Below, one piece after another: positions 20,176 to 30,523 of a stretch of 60,166 nucleotides of DNA. The position numbers and the translations under genes are program-made. Below the pieces are notes generated by a model. That model was not told the origin of the DNA and ran no database searches. It saw nothing but the letters and a program-made list of their open reading frames with translations. How positions within the stretch are numbered: position 1 is the first letter of the stretch; every line of letters starts with the position of its first letter. This DNA is from Pseudomonadota bacterium (GTDB lineage: Bacteria > Bdellovibrionota_B > Oligoflexia > Oligoflexales > CAIYRB01): assembly GCA_031416315.1 (NCBI GenBank), contig JANOTL010000095.1, positions 1 through 60,166 of the forward strand, written 5' to 3'.

Positions 20176-21152
20176 TTGGTGGGCCGGACTTGTGATGTCG
20201 CTTCGATTGCGGTCGCGTTTTCGCGATCTTGCCTTCTTTCCTAGGAGGCAGACATGTGTCCTTTGTGCCAAAATCCGGCCGCCGAAGTCACGAAGTGTGG
20301 CTTTTTTCGCAAGCAGGCGACGCGCGCTGAGAGAATCCAACGCTTCCATTGCCACAACTGCGGCCGACGCTTCTCGACGCAGACAGGCACTCTCACCTAT
20401 CGCGAGCGAAAGCCGCACGTCGACCAGGTGCTCGCGCGCACCCTCAACGAAGGCGTCTCGCAGCGCGGCTGTGCGCGAATCTTGGGAATCCATAGGAAGA
20501 CTGTGGCAAGAAAGCTGCGCCGTCTCGGGTCAAAGGCCGCGCAAAACAACGCCACGGCGTTAGCCCGCGGCGACTGTCTCCCCACCGTCACCTTCGACGA
20601 GATGGAGACCTTCGAGCACTCGAAGTGTAAGCCGCTGGCAATCGTGGTCGCCGTGGAAGAGGGGACGCGCCGCATTATCGCAGCACGGGTTGCCTCGATG
20701 CCGGCCAAGGGGCGCCTCGCCGCAATCGCCGGGAGGCGTTACGGAATCCGCCACGACGGCCGTCGTGCGGCAATCCTCCGAGCACTGGCCGATGTTGCGC
20801 GAGCCGCACCTGGGCTAACGCTCATTCGCAGCGACCGGTGTCCGCGCTATCCAGGGCTCGTGCGACGTGCGCTGCCTGGAGTCTGCCACGACCGCTTCCT
20901 AAGCCGCCGCGGCTGTGTCGTAGGGCAGGGCGAGCTCAAGCGCGGGGGCTTCGACCCGCTCTTCAGCCTAAACCACACATGCGCCATGTTCCGCGACCGC
21001 TTGAAGACGCTGACCCGTCGAACGTGGTGCACGACTAAGCGACCTGACAACCTGCAGCACCTGATTGACCTCTACACGTGGTCGCACAACGAGGTCCTGC
21101 GACTCGGACCCCACCACGTCACGGTCTGACACACAATTAAGTCGGCCAGTTT
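20160..21152 (+). mobile_element. Insertion sequence (IS1/IS1595-like) of about 1 kb with imperfect terminal inverted repeats
   Basis: AAACTGGCCTACGTAATTG (20160-20178) vs reverse complement of 21134-21152 AAACTGGCCGACTTAATTG, 17/19 identical; no clear target duplication. Confidence 0.65.
20254..21129 (+). CDS. Transposase (Zn finger + HTH + DDE-like)
   Basis: CPLC...QRFHCHNCGRRF, GVSQRGCARILGIHRKTV HTH, FDEMET, SD, RLKTLTRRTWCTTK. Confidence 0.8.
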   Translation: MCPLCQNPAAEVTKCGFFRKQATRAERIQRFHCHNCGRRFSTQTGTLTYRERKPHVDQVLARTLNEGVSQRGCARILGIHRKTVARKLRRLGSKAAQNNATALARGDCLPTVTFDEMETFEHSKCKPLAIVVAVEEGTRRIIAARVASMPAKGRLAAIAGRRYGIRHDGRRAAILRALADVARAAPGLTLIRSDRCPRYPGLVRRALPGVCHDRFLSRRGCVVGQGELKRGGFDPLFSLNHTCAMFRDRLKTLTRRTWCTTKRPDNLQHLIDLYTWSHNEVLRLGPHHVTV

Positions 21153-21218
21153 TTACCAGTTTAAAGTTGACGGCAGCCGGGGAGTTTCTCGCTTGGTAGC
21201 CCCGTTCGGTGCCCGTGC

Positions 21219-22280
21219 CTACTCGTAGCCGTTCCAGAAAAACGCGGCGACGCCGTCGCCTGCATTCGCGTCGAGGTCGACCTTGCTGCCTGGCACGAGA
21301 CGCCAGGTCTTGGCGTCGGACGACACCTCGAGATGAATCGCATCCGGAAATCCCGTGACGACGTTTGCGTCTCCGAGCGGGATGCCGCCGTCGTAGCGGA
21401 TGCCGGTGATGGAGATGGGCTTGGTCGCATAGTATTCGAGGTGCAGCGGCTCGCCGACCGCGTCGTGCGGGGGCGTAGCCGCGAATCGCGGAAAGGCGAC
21501 GGGCAAGAGTGGCGGCGTGATGATTCCGAAGATGTTGTCGAACATGTCGAGATCGGCTGCTTGCGCATTTCCCGGCATCCAAATGCCGCTCGTCGCCGCC
21601 GCCGGGGCGTCCGCGGTCGTCGCGTAGGTCAGGGCTTCCCAAGCGCCGTCGACCTTGAACTCGATCTTCTGCATCGTGCGCACGGGCTTCGTCGCGTCGT
21701 GCCCTCGGATCGATCGCACGACCACGCGGAAGTACTTTTGGTCCTCGAGTCCCCGCAGGATCTCGGTGATGCGTCGCGAGATGGAGCGCTGCGAGCTCGT
21801 TGTCGGATCGACGTAGTCGAAGTGTAACTTGACGTCGACGATCTCGGAGACGAGGGCGGGCTGGCCCTTGCCGAAGCGGAAGGTGACGGTGGGTTGCGCC
21901 GGATCGAGCGTGGCGGCGACCTCGACCTCGACCGCGAGGCTTTCGGCGCCGGTCGTGCTCCACCCGTATTCGGCGGCGACGCGCGCCGGGCTGACCTTTC
22001 CCAGATCCTTATCGATTAAATCGCAGCCGATGACATAGAGACCGGAGTCGAAGTCGACCGAACGCGGCGCACACTCGAGGCTCAGATAGGCGCCGTTGAT
22101 GAACACGGGGATGTCCGCCGCCTCGGTTGCGGGGGGCGGCGGCAGGGGCGCCTCCGGCGGCGCGGGCGCGCGCGCGGCGACGGGCGCGGATTCATTTCGA
22201 TTTTTTTCTGAATCCGATGACTTACAACCCGCCACGGCGGCGGCGAGCGTAAGCGCGAGGATGACGGTACCCGAGCTCAT
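21219..22280 (-). CDS. Lipoprotein with C-terminal discoidin/F5-8-like segment
   Basis: Lipobox VAGC, Pro-rich linker, FPDAIHLEVSSDAKTW. Confidence 0.55.
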   Translation of the reverse strand: MSSGTVILALTLAAAVAGCKSSDSEKNRNESAPVAARAPAPPEAPLPPPPATEAADIPVFINGAYLSLECAPRSVDFDSGLYVIGCDLIDKDLGKVSPARVAAEYGWSTTGAESLAVEVEVAATLDPAQPTVTFRFGKGQPALVSEIVDVKLHFDYVDPTTSSQRSISRRITEILRGLEDQKYFRVVVRSIRGHDATKPVRTMQKIEFKVDGAWEALTYATTADAPAAATSGIWMPGNAQAADLDMFDNIFGIITPPLLPVAFPRFAATPPHDAVGEPLHLEYYATKPISITGIRYDGGIPLGDANVVTGFPDAIHLEVSSDAKTWRLVPGSKVDLDANAGDGVAAFFWNGYE

Positions 22281-22388
22281 CGGCGGTTCCCTCCCTGCCT
22301 CTTCGGCAGATTCGGGGAAGGTATTGATGCCGCGAACGTGATAAAAAGCGGTCACTTGCAATTTCGCCAATTCACGTCAGGTTATGCC

Positions 22389-22904
22389 ATGCGCTTTCTT
22401 GCAGCTTTCCTCGTCGCGATCGCGCTGTCTTCACCGTCGCTTGCGCAGATTCAGTCGGAAGTCCCGAACTTCCACCAGGTCGACGGCGCTGTCTACCGTA
22501 GCGGCAAGCCAAGCGCCGGCGACGTGACGGCGCTCGCAGCTTCCGGCATCCGCTCGATTCTGACGCTCGAGACCTACGCCTACGATCCCGACGGGCTGGA
22601 CGCCGAGCGTGCGGCGGCCGAGGCCGCCGGCTTGAAGTTCTTCCGGGTCGCAATGAGTCCCATGCCCTACGACAAGCCGACGCTCGAGCAGGTGCTTGAA
22701 GCGCTCACCGTCACCACGCAGCCGGAGAATTGGCCGATCCTGGTGCACTGCTACCACGGTAGCGATCGCACCGGGCTCGTCATCGGCGCCTATCACATTC
22801 GCGCGCACGGTTGGACGGCCGACGCCGCGATCGCCGACATGCGGAATTTCGGGCACGGCCGCCTTTTCTACTGGTGGGACGATCTTCTCTACTCGGTCGA
22901 GTAG
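22389..22904 (+). CDS. Exported tyrosine/dual-specificity phosphatase-family protein
   Basis: Signal peptide; NFHQV...YRSG; HCYHGSDRTG (CX5R P-loop). Confidence 0.88.
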   Translation: MRFLAAFLVAIALSSPSLAQIQSEVPNFHQVDGAVYRSGKPSAGDVTALAASGIRSILTLETYAYDPDGLDAERAAAEAAGLKFFRVAMSPMPYDKPTLEQVLEALTVTTQPENWPILVHCYHGSDRTGLVIGAYHIRAHGWTADAAIADMRNFGHGRLFYWWDDLLYSVE

Positions 22905-22963
22905 GAGCTAGGTCCCTGCAAACCGCGGCGCCAACCCCGCGCGGGGACGATCACCCCTCGAAA

Positions 22964-23482
22964 TTAAACGCTTTGCTCGCGGCCCGAGAAGCCGGAGAGC
23001 GTCGGCGCCTCGCTGGTCTCGGCGTCGCTGCGGCCGAACTTTTCCCGCAACGCGTGGGAGATGGCCGCGATGTGCCGCTTCTCATCCTCGTAGTGCGCCT
23101 CAACGAGTTGACGCGCAATTTCGGGCATCGTCGTCTCGCACGCGGACTTGTACGCGGAGTTCGTGAGCATCTCGTTCTGCGTCATGGCGACGAGGGCGCT
23201 GCGCGTCCCGACTTTGCTCAGCGCGGCGGTCATGCCTTCGATGACCGCGCCCTTCACGTCACGCTTCAGCTCCGGGAACTCGCCGCCCAAGGCGAGCGCG
23301 ACGTCGCGCAGATCGACGACGTGACGCTCGTGGTCCCTCTGAAAGCGCACCAATGCGTCGACGATTGGGCCTTCATCGGGATCGATGTTTTTGATGGCCT
23401 GCTCGTACGCGAGGATCGCGTCGACATCCAACTGAGCGAGCGCGATGAGGCGTTCGAAAACTCGATCTTGACCCGTCGCCAT
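22964..23482 (-). CDS. Ferritin-like domain protein (DUF2383-like)
   Basis: LDVDAILAYEQAI, DHERHV, NE, DEKRH di-iron-type motifs. Confidence 0.8.
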   Translation of the reverse strand: MATGQDRVFERLIALAQLDVDAILAYEQAIKNIDPDEGPIVDALVRFQRDHERHVVDLRDVALALGGEFPELKRDVKGAVIEGMTAALSKVGTRSALVAMTQNEMLTNSAYKSACETTMPEIARQLVEAHYEDEKRHIAAISHALREKFGRSDAETSEAPTLSGFSGREQSV

Positions 23483-23542
23483 GGAAGTCTCCGATGTTCG
23501 GATAGGATGGATGGGATGAAGGAACTACGTCCCTGATCAGTT

Positions 23543-23558
23543 AGCAATTTGCATACCT
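23543..23558 (-). promoter_or_regulatory. Putative sigma54 promoter
   Basis: Minus strand AGGTATGCAAATTGCT (GG-N10-GC) upstream of the ferritin-like gene. Confidence 0.5.
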
Positions 23559-23707
23559 GCGTCGGTGGCGTTTGGCCTTCGGCAAGACGGGGATCTTCCC
23601 GGCGCCGTCGTGCCCCGGGGTGAGACTCGCTAGGTGTCGTTGCCGCTGCCGAAGCTCTCGACCCAGGGCGATGCGGCTATCCACCTCGCCTATCATGAGC
23701 TTCAGGT

Positions 23708-23932
23708 TTAGGACGCGCGGGCGCCCGTAAGGCGAAATCGTTGCGCCATCTCGTCGACCTCACGGGCGACCCGGTCGTTTAGGTAGCCGTAGCGCGTCCA
23801 CATAATCTCAAACAGAGCGCTCGGATTCCGCCTGATGGAGCGCAGGTCGCGCTCCGTCAGGCGAGTCCAGCGCTGAGAGATGAGGTCGAAAACCTGATCG
23901 ATCGTGGCAGCGTCCAAGCTGGGCATCGTCAA
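23708..23932 (-). CDS. CsbD-like small stress protein
   Basis: QRWTRLTERDL...RYGY..DRVAREVDE resembles CsbD 'WGKLTDDDL...ERYG...A..EV'. Confidence 0.6.
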   Translation of the reverse strand: MTMPSLDAATIDQVFDLISQRWTRLTERDLRSIRRNPSALFEIMWTRYGYLNDRVAREVDEMAQRFRLTGARAS

Positions 23933-25302
23933 CTCCTTCGACTTCGCCAGGGAAGACGTGCCGAAGCTTGCAATTCGTGATCCAAAGCCGAAGCACGTGG
24001 CATGCGCCGTTGGAGTCGTGAATAGATGTTCATGAGCGGCGTGACGGTGATTCCGTGCGCAAAAATCGAGAGCGCCACCGCAAACAAGGTGATGGCGACG
24101 AGCTGCCGTGCCAGAGCGACGTCGAGTCCGTGGTTTACAGCAAAGTATAGGTAATAGATCGAGCCGATCCCCCGGATGCCAAACCAGGACATGTAGTGCC
24201 GCTGCGTCGCGTCACCGCCCGCGCCGATGAGACCGAGCCAGACGGAGAGCGGGCGGATGACGAGAAAGAGCAGGACCATCGAGAAAACGACGGGCCAGCT
24301 CCAGGCCGTCTCGCCGAGCATGGCTCCGACGAGGCTGACGACGACGATCTCGCCCAAGCGCTCGAGCTGCTCGTTGAAGGTCAAGACGGCGCGGGCCATG
24401 AAGCGTGGAGCGACCACCGGATGGACCGCGGCGTCAGGGGTCTTCAGCGCGTCCTCGACGCCGGCCTCGTCGTCGGCCGCGGGCGACTCGAGGGCCTCGA
24501 TCCGGCGGAGGGCCGCGCCGGCCGCGAACACCGCGAGGAAGCCGTAGGCGTGGAGCGTTACCGCCAGGCCATAAGACGCAGCCACGAGACCCATCGCGAG
24601 GAAGTCGTCGAGGCCGACGGCGTGGCGAAAGTGCCGGCGAAGGTAAAGGCAGACCTTGCCGATTGCCATGCCGAGGGCGCCGCCGATCGCCAGCCCGGCG
24701 CAGACAGCCCACACGAGGTCGACCGCCAGCCAGCGCCAGGCGAGCGTGCCGATCTCGTGAACCCCGAGAAGGCCAAGGCCGAGCATGACGAAGGGGAAGG
24801 CCGCGCCGTCGTTGAGTCCCCCCTCACCGCTGAGCGTCATGCGGAGGAGATCTTGATCTTGGGGCTTTTTGACTTGGACATCGGAGGCGAGCACCGGATC
24901 GGTCGGCGCCAGTATGCCGCCGAGGAGGATGGCGGCGCCCCACGAGAGGTCGAGCAAAAGCACCGCGGTCAGGGCCATCCCGAAGACCGTGATCGCCATC
25001 GAGACGGTCGCGGTCCGGATGGGTAGGCGCCAGCGCGTGTCCCCCCACGGGGCGCTCAGCTTCAGGCCGACGGAGAAGATTGAAATGATGACGACGACTT
25101 CGCTGATGATCTCGAGGACGGGAGCGGCCGCCAAGGAGTCGAAGGCGAGCGCTCCCGAGCGGCCCAAGCCGACGCCGACGAGCAAGTAGATCGTCGAGGC
25201 GGTCAGCGGCAGCTGCTTGATGCGCGAAAAAGCGAGCGCCATGACGATAAAGAGCGTGCCGACGATGACGTACCAGGTGGAGGCGTCGAGATTTGTGGTC
25301 AT
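23929..25302 (-). CDS. CPA1/NhaP-type cation:proton antiporter
   Basis: LAPTDPVLA, GEGGLNDG, WFGIRGIGS; many TM segments. Confidence 0.9.
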   Translation of the reverse strand: MTTNLDASTWYVIVGTLFIVMALAFSRIKQLPLTASTIYLLVGVGLGRSGALAFDSLAAAPVLEIISEVVVIISIFSVGLKLSAPWGDTRWRLPIRTATVSMAITVFGMALTAVLLLDLSWGAAILLGGILAPTDPVLASDVQVKKPQDQDLLRMTLSGEGGLNDGAAFPFVMLGLGLLGVHEIGTLAWRWLAVDLVWAVCAGLAIGGALGMAIGKVCLYLRRHFRHAVGLDDFLAMGLVAASYGLAVTLHAYGFLAVFAAGAALRRIEALESPAADDEAGVEDALKTPDAAVHPVVAPRFMARAVLTFNEQLERLGEIVVVSLVGAMLGETAWSWPVVFSMVLLFLVIRPLSVWLGLIGAGGDATQRHYMSWFGIRGIGSIYYLYFAVNHGLDVALARQLVAITLFAVALSIFAHGITVTPLMNIYSRLQRRMPRASALDHELQASARLPWRSRRS

Positions 25303-25453
25303 CTTGGGCTCCGGATCGCGCTGAGGACCCGGAGCTCCCTCCAATTTGCGTGCCAGGTGTGATCTAAGACGCTGGAGCTCAGTTCAATGGTTGCGCGGAA
25401 CACGAAAATTTTAGAGATGTCTTCAAAGCAAAGGGCCGCGTCGCGGCGGCTGA

Positions 25454-26289
25454 CTAGCCGGGGCGCGGAGGAGGCGCTTGCGTCTTTCCGCATTTACTGC
25501 GGACGAGAGTAGGGAGTTCGCGCGGATGCGAGGCGCGCGAATTGTGTTTCGTGACCTCGACGGCCTCGAACTGGGTCCGCTTGCACACGAAACTAGGGTA
25601 AGGGTCACCGTCGATCAAACGGATCGTCACCGCGACGCCGAAGCCCACCGATGCGAGCGCCTCGCGCCATTGCGCTTGCGAGAACACACCGAATGCGTGC
25701 CGATCGTGCACCGCCCGCATCCCGTCGTTCGAGCGCAGCAGGAACATAAACTCTTCGAATGCTGTGGTGTCGCTCGGGTCGGGATCCCATCCCCAGATCA
25801 CGCCACGCAAGGCGCGAGCGCCGTCGTCACCCTCGACGAGCTCGGTCTCCTCGGCGACGAACCTCTCTTCGTGCAGTCGGGCAGGAAGAGTGCCGCGCCG
25901 CCCGGCCGAGTGTGCTCCCACGCAGTACGAGCGGCTGAGCGCAGATCTCCAAGGTCGTCATGTACATGATCGCGTCATGCACGAGCACCGCGTCAAACAA
26001 GCGACCCAGGCGCAGCGTCCGCATATCCCCCAAGACGTGCTCGCAGTCCGGGTTTCGACTTTGGCTGAGCGCGAGCATCGGCTTGGACAAATCTGAGAGC
26101 GTGCACGCGACGTGGCGCTTCAGGTACAGCGCGTTGTTTCCGGCGCCGGCGCCGAGCTCCAAAAGAGCCGTTAGCGGTCCCTGCACCGCAGAGTAGGACG
26201 GCCACGGCGTCGTCCGCCTCTCCCTCGTGATCTTCGGGAGGATCGACGAGGTGGTACCAGTCGGCGAGATCGTCGTAGAGAAGCGTCAT
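25454..26289 (-). pseudogene. Class I SAM methyltransferase, frameshifted twice
   Basis: Pieces in three frames: LYDDLADWYHL; LLELGAGAGN...GDMRTLRLGRLFDAVLVHDAIMY; WGWDPDP...HDRHAFGVF. Confidence 0.75.
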
Positions 26290-26461
26290 TTCCTAAGAAA
26301 CCATGTCCGCATCGCGTTCTCGAGCGCTGGGCCGAAGCTTTCTGCGGGGTGCTTGCAACCGGACAAGTGAGCTATCAGAAGAAAGCTCGCGAATACAGAA
26401 AGGGCACGTGGATGTCGACGCACGGGCAACTCTCATAGATGTTTCGAGATACCGTGAAAAA

Positions 26462-26484
26462 TGGCGGAAGGGGAGGGAATCGAA
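26462..26484 (-). repeat. att-like copy of the tRNA-Sec 3' end (distal boundary)
   Basis: TGGCGGAAGGGGAGGGAATCGAA identical to 44581-44603. Confidence 0.9.
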
Positions 26485-26792
26485 TGCGTCTAAACGCTTT
26501 TCGGTTTTCGTCCCGAAACCGCTGAAACAGTTACTGGTCCTGCCTTCCAGTGTGACGCTCGCGAGTCTACGTCGTCTGCTGAATCCTGTCGTTTCTACCC
26601 AGTGCTTGCCCGCGATTTGCCCTGAGAAGGTTCCAATGCTGCCGCTCGCCGTTCCGCCGTCTCTCGTAACTGTCCGGGCTTGAGCCGGAGCGGGGCAAGA
26701 GGTCGACGAATCGGTTTGCGACCAGATCGACGCGGCGCTATGCTTTTCTGCCGTCAGGGCGGCAGCTTGACCTCGACGAGGTCCGTCAGCCC

Positions 26793-27020
26793 TTAAGCCA
26801 TCGCGCTTTGGGCGAGCCGGCCTCGTTGGCCTTGAGCCGCTCGTGACACGGTGAGCGGCGCATTGGGAAAAACCCAGCGCGCCGCGACGCCCAGCGGGAA
26901 CACTCCGGGCAACGGGACCAGGTCGTGGCAATCGGCGTTGTAGCCGTGGAACAGGACGACCGTCCTGCCGCGGGCCGCGGTGATGGTCTCGACGTAGTCT
27001 AGACCGGAGAGATGATTCAT
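26793..27020 (-). pseudogene. Phospholipase/carboxylesterase N-terminal fragment
   Basis: VVLFHGYNAD..DL......WVFPNAP, truncated before the GxSxG motif. Confidence 0.65.
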
Positions 27021-27303
27021 CTGGGCTCCGAGACCGACGCCAGATGAGCGGCGACGCTGGCGGCGCCACCGATCGCGCCGCGCATGAATTCGTCAAAGTA
27101 ACGCCGCCGCCAGTCGGCATAATGCGCGGAGCCGTCACGCCACTCGGCGCGCAGCAGCTCCCCCCTCGTCATACTGCCAATTATTGGCCGCACGCCTCAG
27201 GCACCCGCCTTGATGGAGAACGGCGTCGGTCCGTGCCGGACATCTGGCCAGGGCGGCTGATGTCACTTCCGTCACTCGGCCTGTTTAGCGCACGAACTCA
27301 TGC

Positions 27304-27954
27304 ATGCAGACGGCATGCACGCAGGCATTCAAGTACCGACGCCACGAGCCCGAGACCACGCTGCTCTACCATGTATTCGCGCGCGAATGGGAGACCTGGA
27401 ACGCCGAGCGCCAAGCTGATACGAGTCGCACCCCGTTACCGGCCTTCGTCGGGCGTGAGATGGACGCCTACTTTCGCTGCGGCATCTTGGACCACGGCTT
27501 CACGATCTTGTCGTGCGACGACTGCGACCAAAAGCTACCGGTCGCCTATTCTTGCAAGCGTCGTGGCGTATGCCCGTCATGCTGTGCCAAGAGAATGTCT
27601 GAGATTGCCGTCCACCTGGTCGACAACGTCCTGCCTCACGGCGCTTACCGGCAGTCAGTCACCGATCACGGGATCGGCATGTCCAGCGAGGATACCGTCG
27701 GCATCTTCGTTCCATTCACGAGATCGAAACGCACTCAAGGCAAAATCCCAGGAGTCGGCCTAGGACTTTTTACCGCCAGACGGATCATCGAGGCTCACTC
27801 CGGAAGGCTGACGGTCGCTGGTGCCTTAGGCAAAGGATCGACATTTTCGATTATCCTGCCCCGCGAGATGGAAGACGCGCTGATCCCGAAAGTATCGAAG
27901 GGTGAGGCTATCAGTGCGCAGAGGAGAGGGCCTTCATTGGGATTGATGCACTGA
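27304..27954 (+). pseudogene. Chimera: IS91-family transposase Zn-binding domain fused in frame to a HATPase_c C-terminal half
   Basis: YRRHEPETTLLY, CGILDHGF, CDDC, SCKRRGVCPSC, YRQ | SVTDHGIG, GVGLGLF, GKGSTFSIILP; junction near 27654. Confidence 0.75.
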
Positions 27955-28069
27955 CTCTGAAAGCTGCCGATTGAAGTTCGTCGAGCGCCGCAAACGTTGC
28001 GCGATCTTACTTCCCACCACCTGACTGCAATCTGAACCGCAATCGGCGAGCCGTCCGTCCGATTACCAC

Positions 28070-30523
28070 CTAGCTGACTGGCGCCGCGCTTCGACCGCGA
28101 TCGATGACGCGCCTCACCAGCTTTCTTATCTCCATCGTCGAGATCGGAATGAGCGCGAAAGGCAGAATGAAAAGGATGTCGCTGCCTGTCAGCGGTCGGA
28201 GGTCGAACATCGCTTGAGTCAAAGGGATGAAGTGGAGGCTTAGCTGCAATGCTGCCGTCACCAGAACCACGGACAGTAGCCAGAGATTGCTGAACACTCC
28301 GACTTCCCAGAATAGAAGCGTCGAAGACCTCGCGCCGAACGATCGCAAGAGCTGACTCAAAACAAAGCCTGTGAACATCAGGTTTCGCGCGTGGTTCGCA
28401 TCATGCGAATTTAGCAAGTACCAGTAGAGGCCCAAAAAGATCGAAGCCTCCAAGAGACCCACCCAAAGTATCTGCTGCCACTCAGGCCATCCAAGGATGG
28501 GCGCGCTCGAAGAACGCGGAGATCTCTTCATGGTACCAGGCGACAATGGCTCGGCGATCAAGGTCAATGCTGGCAGCGCATCGGTCACGAGGTTGATCCA
28601 AAGCAGATGGGCGGCAAGCAATGGCAGAGGTAGACCAAGTGCGATCGCTCCGAGGACGACCGCGATTTCGGCAAGGTTTCCGGTCAAAAGATAGCTAATC
28701 GCCCGCCTGATGTTCTGAAAGATGTTTCGTCCCTCGCGAACGGCCGCAACGATCGTCGAAAAATTGTCGTCCGCCAGGATCAAATCGGCAGCCTGACGCG
28801 TGACCTCCGTTCCGGTCTTTCCCATGGCGATGCCGATATGCGCTTCGCGAAGCGCTGGAGCATCGTTGACACCGTCGCCCGTCATCGCGACGACGTGCCC
28901 CTCGCCCTTCCACTTACGGATAAGACGCAGCTTGTCTTCAGGAGTCGCCCGCGCGTGGACGCGATCTTCAAGTGACTCACCTTCGAGAACGAGCCCAAGC
29001 TCACGGGCAATGGCGCCAGCGGTCTTGGGATGATCCCCAGTGATCATGACTGTAATGATTCCTGCGTCTCGCGCCTCGCGAATGGCCGCCGCAGCTTCCG
29101 CACGCGGCGGATCGGCGATACCTACCAGGCCGAGAAGGTCGAGATTGCTTTCATTGTGACCCTTACCTACTGCGACAGCGAGAACCCTTAGCCCCCGCTC
29201 CGATAGGTCCGCAGCCGCCTTTGTAGCGCCATCAATGGCAGCAGTGCCAGACTGGACGCAGAGAGGAAAGACGCTCTCCACGGCCCCTTTCACGTAGTTG
29301 ACACCATCGCTGCGGAGTATCGACATTCGTCGGCGCTCGGAATCGAACGGCTCCGTAGAGACTCGTGGATAATCCCTTTCGATCGCCTCTTTGCGGATCC
29401 CGCGCTCCAAGGCGTCGATCAAGATCGCGAGCTCAGTCGGATCGCCAGTTCCCAGGGCGCCTTCCGCGCCGACCTCTGCGTCGCAGCAAAACGCTGCGGC
29501 GCGCACGATCTCGCCGTGATCAGCACCCCAAACCTCCCGGACACGCATGTTTCCGGTCGTTAGTGTGCCTGTCTTGTCGGTGCAGATCACGGAGACGCTT
29601 CCCAACGTTTCGACACTCGGCAGTCGTCGAATGAGCGCATTACGCGCCGCCATGCGCTGGACGCCCAAGGCGAGCGCCACAGTCACGATTGCCGGCATTC
29701 CTTCTGGCACCGCGGCGACTGCAAGCGAAACGGCGAAGACGACGAGATCGAGCCAGGGACGACCGCGCAACAGGCCGATAACGACCACGAGTGCGACGAC
29801 GCCGAGGCAAAGCAGAAGAAGTGACTTCCCAACGCGTGCGAGCTGAACCTGCAGCGGGGTTGGCCCGGCTACCGCCGAAGCCATCAAGTGTGCAATCCGA
29901 CCGAGTTCGGTCTTCATCCCCGTCGCGACGACAGTCGCGGTGGCGGTCCCCGTCGCCACCGACGTCCCCATAAAGACGTGCCCCGTGCGCTCGGCCAACG
30001 GCACGGCCGCTGCGTCATTTCTTACCTGCTTCTGGGCCGGGACGCTTTCTCCAGTCAAGACGGACTCGTTCACTTGCAAGCGGGACGACTCGAGCAGGTT
30101 GGCATCCGCAGCGACCACGTCTCCAGCCTCAAGCATGAGGAAGTCGCCAGGGACTACGTCGTGCGCCAGGATCACGGCCTGGCTCCCATTTCTCAAGACG
30201 CGGGCTCGCGGCGCCGTCATCTCCTGCAATGCATTGATCGCGGTCTCTGCTCGATACTCCTGAAAGAACCCTATCAGTGCATTCAACACCAAGATCGCGC
30301 CAATGGCCGCGGCCTCCACGTGCTCACCTAAAACCGCCGAAAGCACGCATGCGAAGATCAAGACGACGACGAGCGGACTCTTGAACTGCTCGACCATCAG
30401 GCGCCATGCCGGGCGAGTTGGTTCGCGCTGAATTTCGTTGAGACCGTGCTCCGCCAACAGCCGTAGCGCAGCGTCGCTGCTTAGACCGGTCAACGCTGCG
30501 CTACCTGAATCAATCACCAGCAC
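28070..30523 (-). CDS. P-type cation (Ca2+-type, IIA-like) transporting ATPase
   Basis: TGES, PEGMP, DKTGTLT, KGA, TGD, TGDGVNDAP. Confidence 0.93.
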   Translation of the reverse strand: MLVIDSGSAALTGLSSDAALRLLAEHGLNEIQREPTRPAWRLMVEQFKSPLVVVLIFACVLSAVLGEHVEAAAIGAILVLNALIGFFQEYRAETAINALQEMTAPRARVLRNGSQAVILAHDVVPGDFLMLEAGDVVAADANLLESSRLQVNESVLTGESVPAQKQVRNDAAAVPLAERTGHVFMGTSVATGTATATVVATGMKTELGRIAHLMASAVAGPTPLQVQLARVGKSLLLLCLGVVALVVVIGLLRGRPWLDLVVFAVSLAVAAVPEGMPAIVTVALALGVQRMAARNALIRRLPSVETLGSVSVICTDKTGTLTTGNMRVREVWGADHGEIVRAAAFCCDAEVGAEGALGTGDPTELAILIDALERGIRKEAIERDYPRVSTEPFDSERRRMSILRSDGVNYVKGAVESVFPLCVQSGTAAIDGATKAAADLSERGLRVLAVAVGKGHNESNLDLLGLVGIADPPRAEAAAAIREARDAGIITVMITGDHPKTAGAIARELGLVLEGESLEDRVHARATPEDKLRLIRKWKGEGHVVAMTGDGVNDAPALREAHIGIAMGKTGTEVTRQAADLILADDNFSTIVAAVREGRNIFQNIRRAISYLLTGNLAEIAVVLGAIALGLPLPLLAAHLLWINLVTDALPALTLIAEPLSPGTMKRSPRSSSAPILGWPEWQQILWVGLLEASIFLGLYWYLLNSHDANHARNLMFTGFVLSQLLRSFGARSSTLLFWEVGVFSNLWLLSVVLVTAALQLSLHFIPLTQAMFDLRPLTGSDILFILPFALIPISTMEIRKLVRRVIDRGRSAAPVS

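Noticed and set aside
25342..25357. sigma54-like site upstream of the antiporter (TGGCACGCAAATTGG)
   Set aside because: The -24 element is perfect but the -12 GC is replaced by GG, so it is not listed as a feature.
26293..26440. Minus-strand CPFC-containing peptide as an IS transposase remnant
   Set aside because: Only a CxxC and no further transposase motif; too short to support a call.
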